Shown: positions 61,663 through 64,000 of the stretch, piece after piece
Layout: every line of letters starts with the position of its first letter
How positions within the stretch are numbered: position 1 is the stretch's first letter
Assembly (NCBI RefSeq): GCF_028641065.1
Contig: NC_073414.1
Coordinates: 558,001 to 622,000 of the forward strand
Reading direction: 5' to 3'
DNA from: Leucoraja erinacea
Taxonomy: Eukaryota
DNA: 64,000 nucleotides
Notes under the pieces: generated by a model
Database searches by the model: none
Seen by the model: the letters and a program-made list of their open reading frames with translations, nothing else
Told to the model about the DNA's origin: nothing
Program-made: the position numbers and the translations under genes

Positions 61663-64000
61663 TACATAGAAGATAGAACAGTACAACACAAGAACAGGCC
61701 CATCAGGGCACAATGTCTGTGCCAAACATGATGCCAAGATCATCCCTTGCCTACTGCACATAACCCATATCCCTCCATTCCCTGTTTATCTATATGCCTA
61801 CCCAAAAGTCTTTGAAATGCCACTAACATATCTACTTCAACCACCACCCCCGGCAGTGCATTCCAGGCACTCACTGAACTGTGTGTTAAAAAAAATTGCA
61901 TGTCCATGTGTCTATATAAAAGCCTCTTAAACTCCACCATCATATCTGGCTCCACCACCGCCCCTGCTGGCATGTTCCAGGCACTTGCTACTCTTCATGC
62001 AATAAACTTGCCCTGCACATCTCCTTTAAGCATTGCCCCTCTCACTCTTAAAGCTATGCCCTTTAGTATGTAATTATTCCACCCTCGGGAAAAATATTCT
62101 GTCAACCCTGTCTGTGCCTCTAATTCTATATACTTCTATCATTTTCCCTCAACCTCCGGTATTCCAAAGAGAACAACCGGAGTCTGTCGAATATCTTTCT
62201 TCGGCTAACATCTCCTAATCCAGGCATCATTCAGGTAAACCACCACTGCATCCCTTTTAAAGCCTCCACATCCTTCCTGTAATGGGGTGACCAGAACTGC
62301 ACACAATACTCCCAAATGCAGCCAAAACCAATGTCCAGGACTAAATACCTGCAGTAATTCGGTAATTTAGTCTTCTCAACGTGATTAATTGCAAACATGG
62401 AACACCGCTAACAAACCAAGCACTTAAAGAACCAGGGGGAATGATCTGCCATTGCATTCCTGATTGAAGATAAAACCCAGGATGGGAAAATATAAGAAGG
62501 GTCCTGACCCAAAACATCATCTATCCATGTTCCCCAGAGATATTGCTTGACCTGCTGTGTTACTCCAGCAATTTCTGTCATACTTTTTAAATATCTAGTT
62601 TTACTGCAAAGTTAAGATAAACTGTTCTTTTACTTGACTAACGTCAATATTTCCTACCGTTTACTTTTCTCTCTTCCTGCCCAAATAGTGCTGTCATTGA
62701 ACAAATTGTTCACTTTTGGAAAGGCGTTAAAGGGTGGTAAAATACTAACATTGGGTGGACAAGACGTCATAAAAATAAAATCCACAACTAGCTGCAGTAT
62801 TAGTTTCACTTTGCTATCTTGCTCATTCTGATCTACTGTTTGTGGCATTATTATCTGTGGCCCTTTACGCAGGTTGCAGATGTAATATCTCTTACCAACA
62901 GACTAGCAGGATTATTTCTTCAACATAAAAATGTATCCCTGAACCAAACAGTAGTCAGGCATAGCCAAGAACCTATGCTGGAAAACATTTGATTTTCTGC
63001 CATTAAAAACACGATGGCACAGGATAGTCTGCTAAATTTCTCCACTTGACTATGAAACCTCCAAAAGCAACATACCGTGCATGCTGGAATTCTGAAATAA
63101 AAACAAAATGCTGAAAATGTTCTGGTTATGTGGCAGCTGTAGAAGGCAAAACACTTAACATTTCAAGTTGCAGTTTTTTAGACTTGCATAGTGAATCTTG
63201 ATCACCATCTGCCTCACTGTCACTGTTCCATGAAATAGCATTTGATGGCAAAACCAAGGTACCACGTGCAGATTATCTCAAAAGTATTTACTGTGATTAC
63301 AGCTTCAACTAATTAAATATTATTTAAAGCGAAAGCCAGGAAATGTCTTGATTTGTTGTAGGCTGCATAGAGCAAGAATAGCTCTGACATAATACCCACA
63401 GCCTCTGGAGCTCCATGTGATTTGAGCCTCCCAGTATCTTGGTTAAAGGTTACTGTTCAATATAAACTACATAATGTGGACAAAGGTCATCTGTATTGAG
63501 TTATCAGCCCTGCTATGGGAATTACAATTGTCCTCAGCTCATGGCTAGAGGGAATAATATATCAGTAAGGATTAATGCTCCTGGTCTTGCTGCCAGTATT
63601 AATTAAGTAAAGAACTTTGGGCCACATGCTGTTGGTGTAGGTTGTAGAGCATCTTGCACCCAAGTTATTTTGTCTCCTTGTCTGTACATATGTTATCCAT
63701 CAAGCACTTAAGAAATCAGAGTTCCTTGAAGAATGAAACACAATCAGCGATGAATCAGACCATTATTGACTCAGTGCCCATATAAGACTTGGGTGACCTG
63801 AGCCATGGCAATGGTGGAGCCCAAAAGTAATGGGAAGAAGCATCAGAATAATGACTCTCTAAACTAAAACTCTGCAAATGACTTTGCCCAAAAACCCGCA
63901 TTACAATTGGCCATTTTCTGGATGGAATGATGGAGATGTAAGGAACTGCAGATATTGGAATCTTGAACAAAACACAGTGCTGGAGAAACCCAGCAGGTCA

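Overview
This is eukaryotic genomic DNA from a cartilaginous fish, most likely a skate or ray, inferred from HE1-type V-SINEs, CR1/HER1-type LINEs, Rex1/Babar LINEs and Penelope-derived repeats. It holds two divergent protein-coding genes. (1) A complete 7-exon glia maturation factor gamma gene (GMFG; minus strand, 28143 to 19519) that the ORF track misses. I reconstructed it by hand: exons of 3+97+50+50+83+74+72 nt give exactly 142 aa. Its intron 4 is a minor-spliceosome (U12-type) intron with rare AT-AG ends. (2) The 5' part of a Smaug-family gene (SAMD4B-like; plus strand), with a CpG-island promoter near 34.4-35.1 kb and coding exons at 44232-44427 and 57107-57622; it runs off the window. 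GMFG head-to-head with SAMD4B matches the mammalian arrangement. The rest is transposon-rich. It includes a full-length decayed IR/DR-type Tc1 (DD34E) element and many copies of a Penelope-linked repeat carrying a minimal hammerhead-ribozyme core, often as inverted pairs or 66-bp tandem arrays. There are also several minisatellites, candidate enhancers and three assembly gaps. Most ORFs in the supplied track are repeat-derived and non-coding. Paralog and synteny comparisons rest on recalled sequences and need confirming by alignment.
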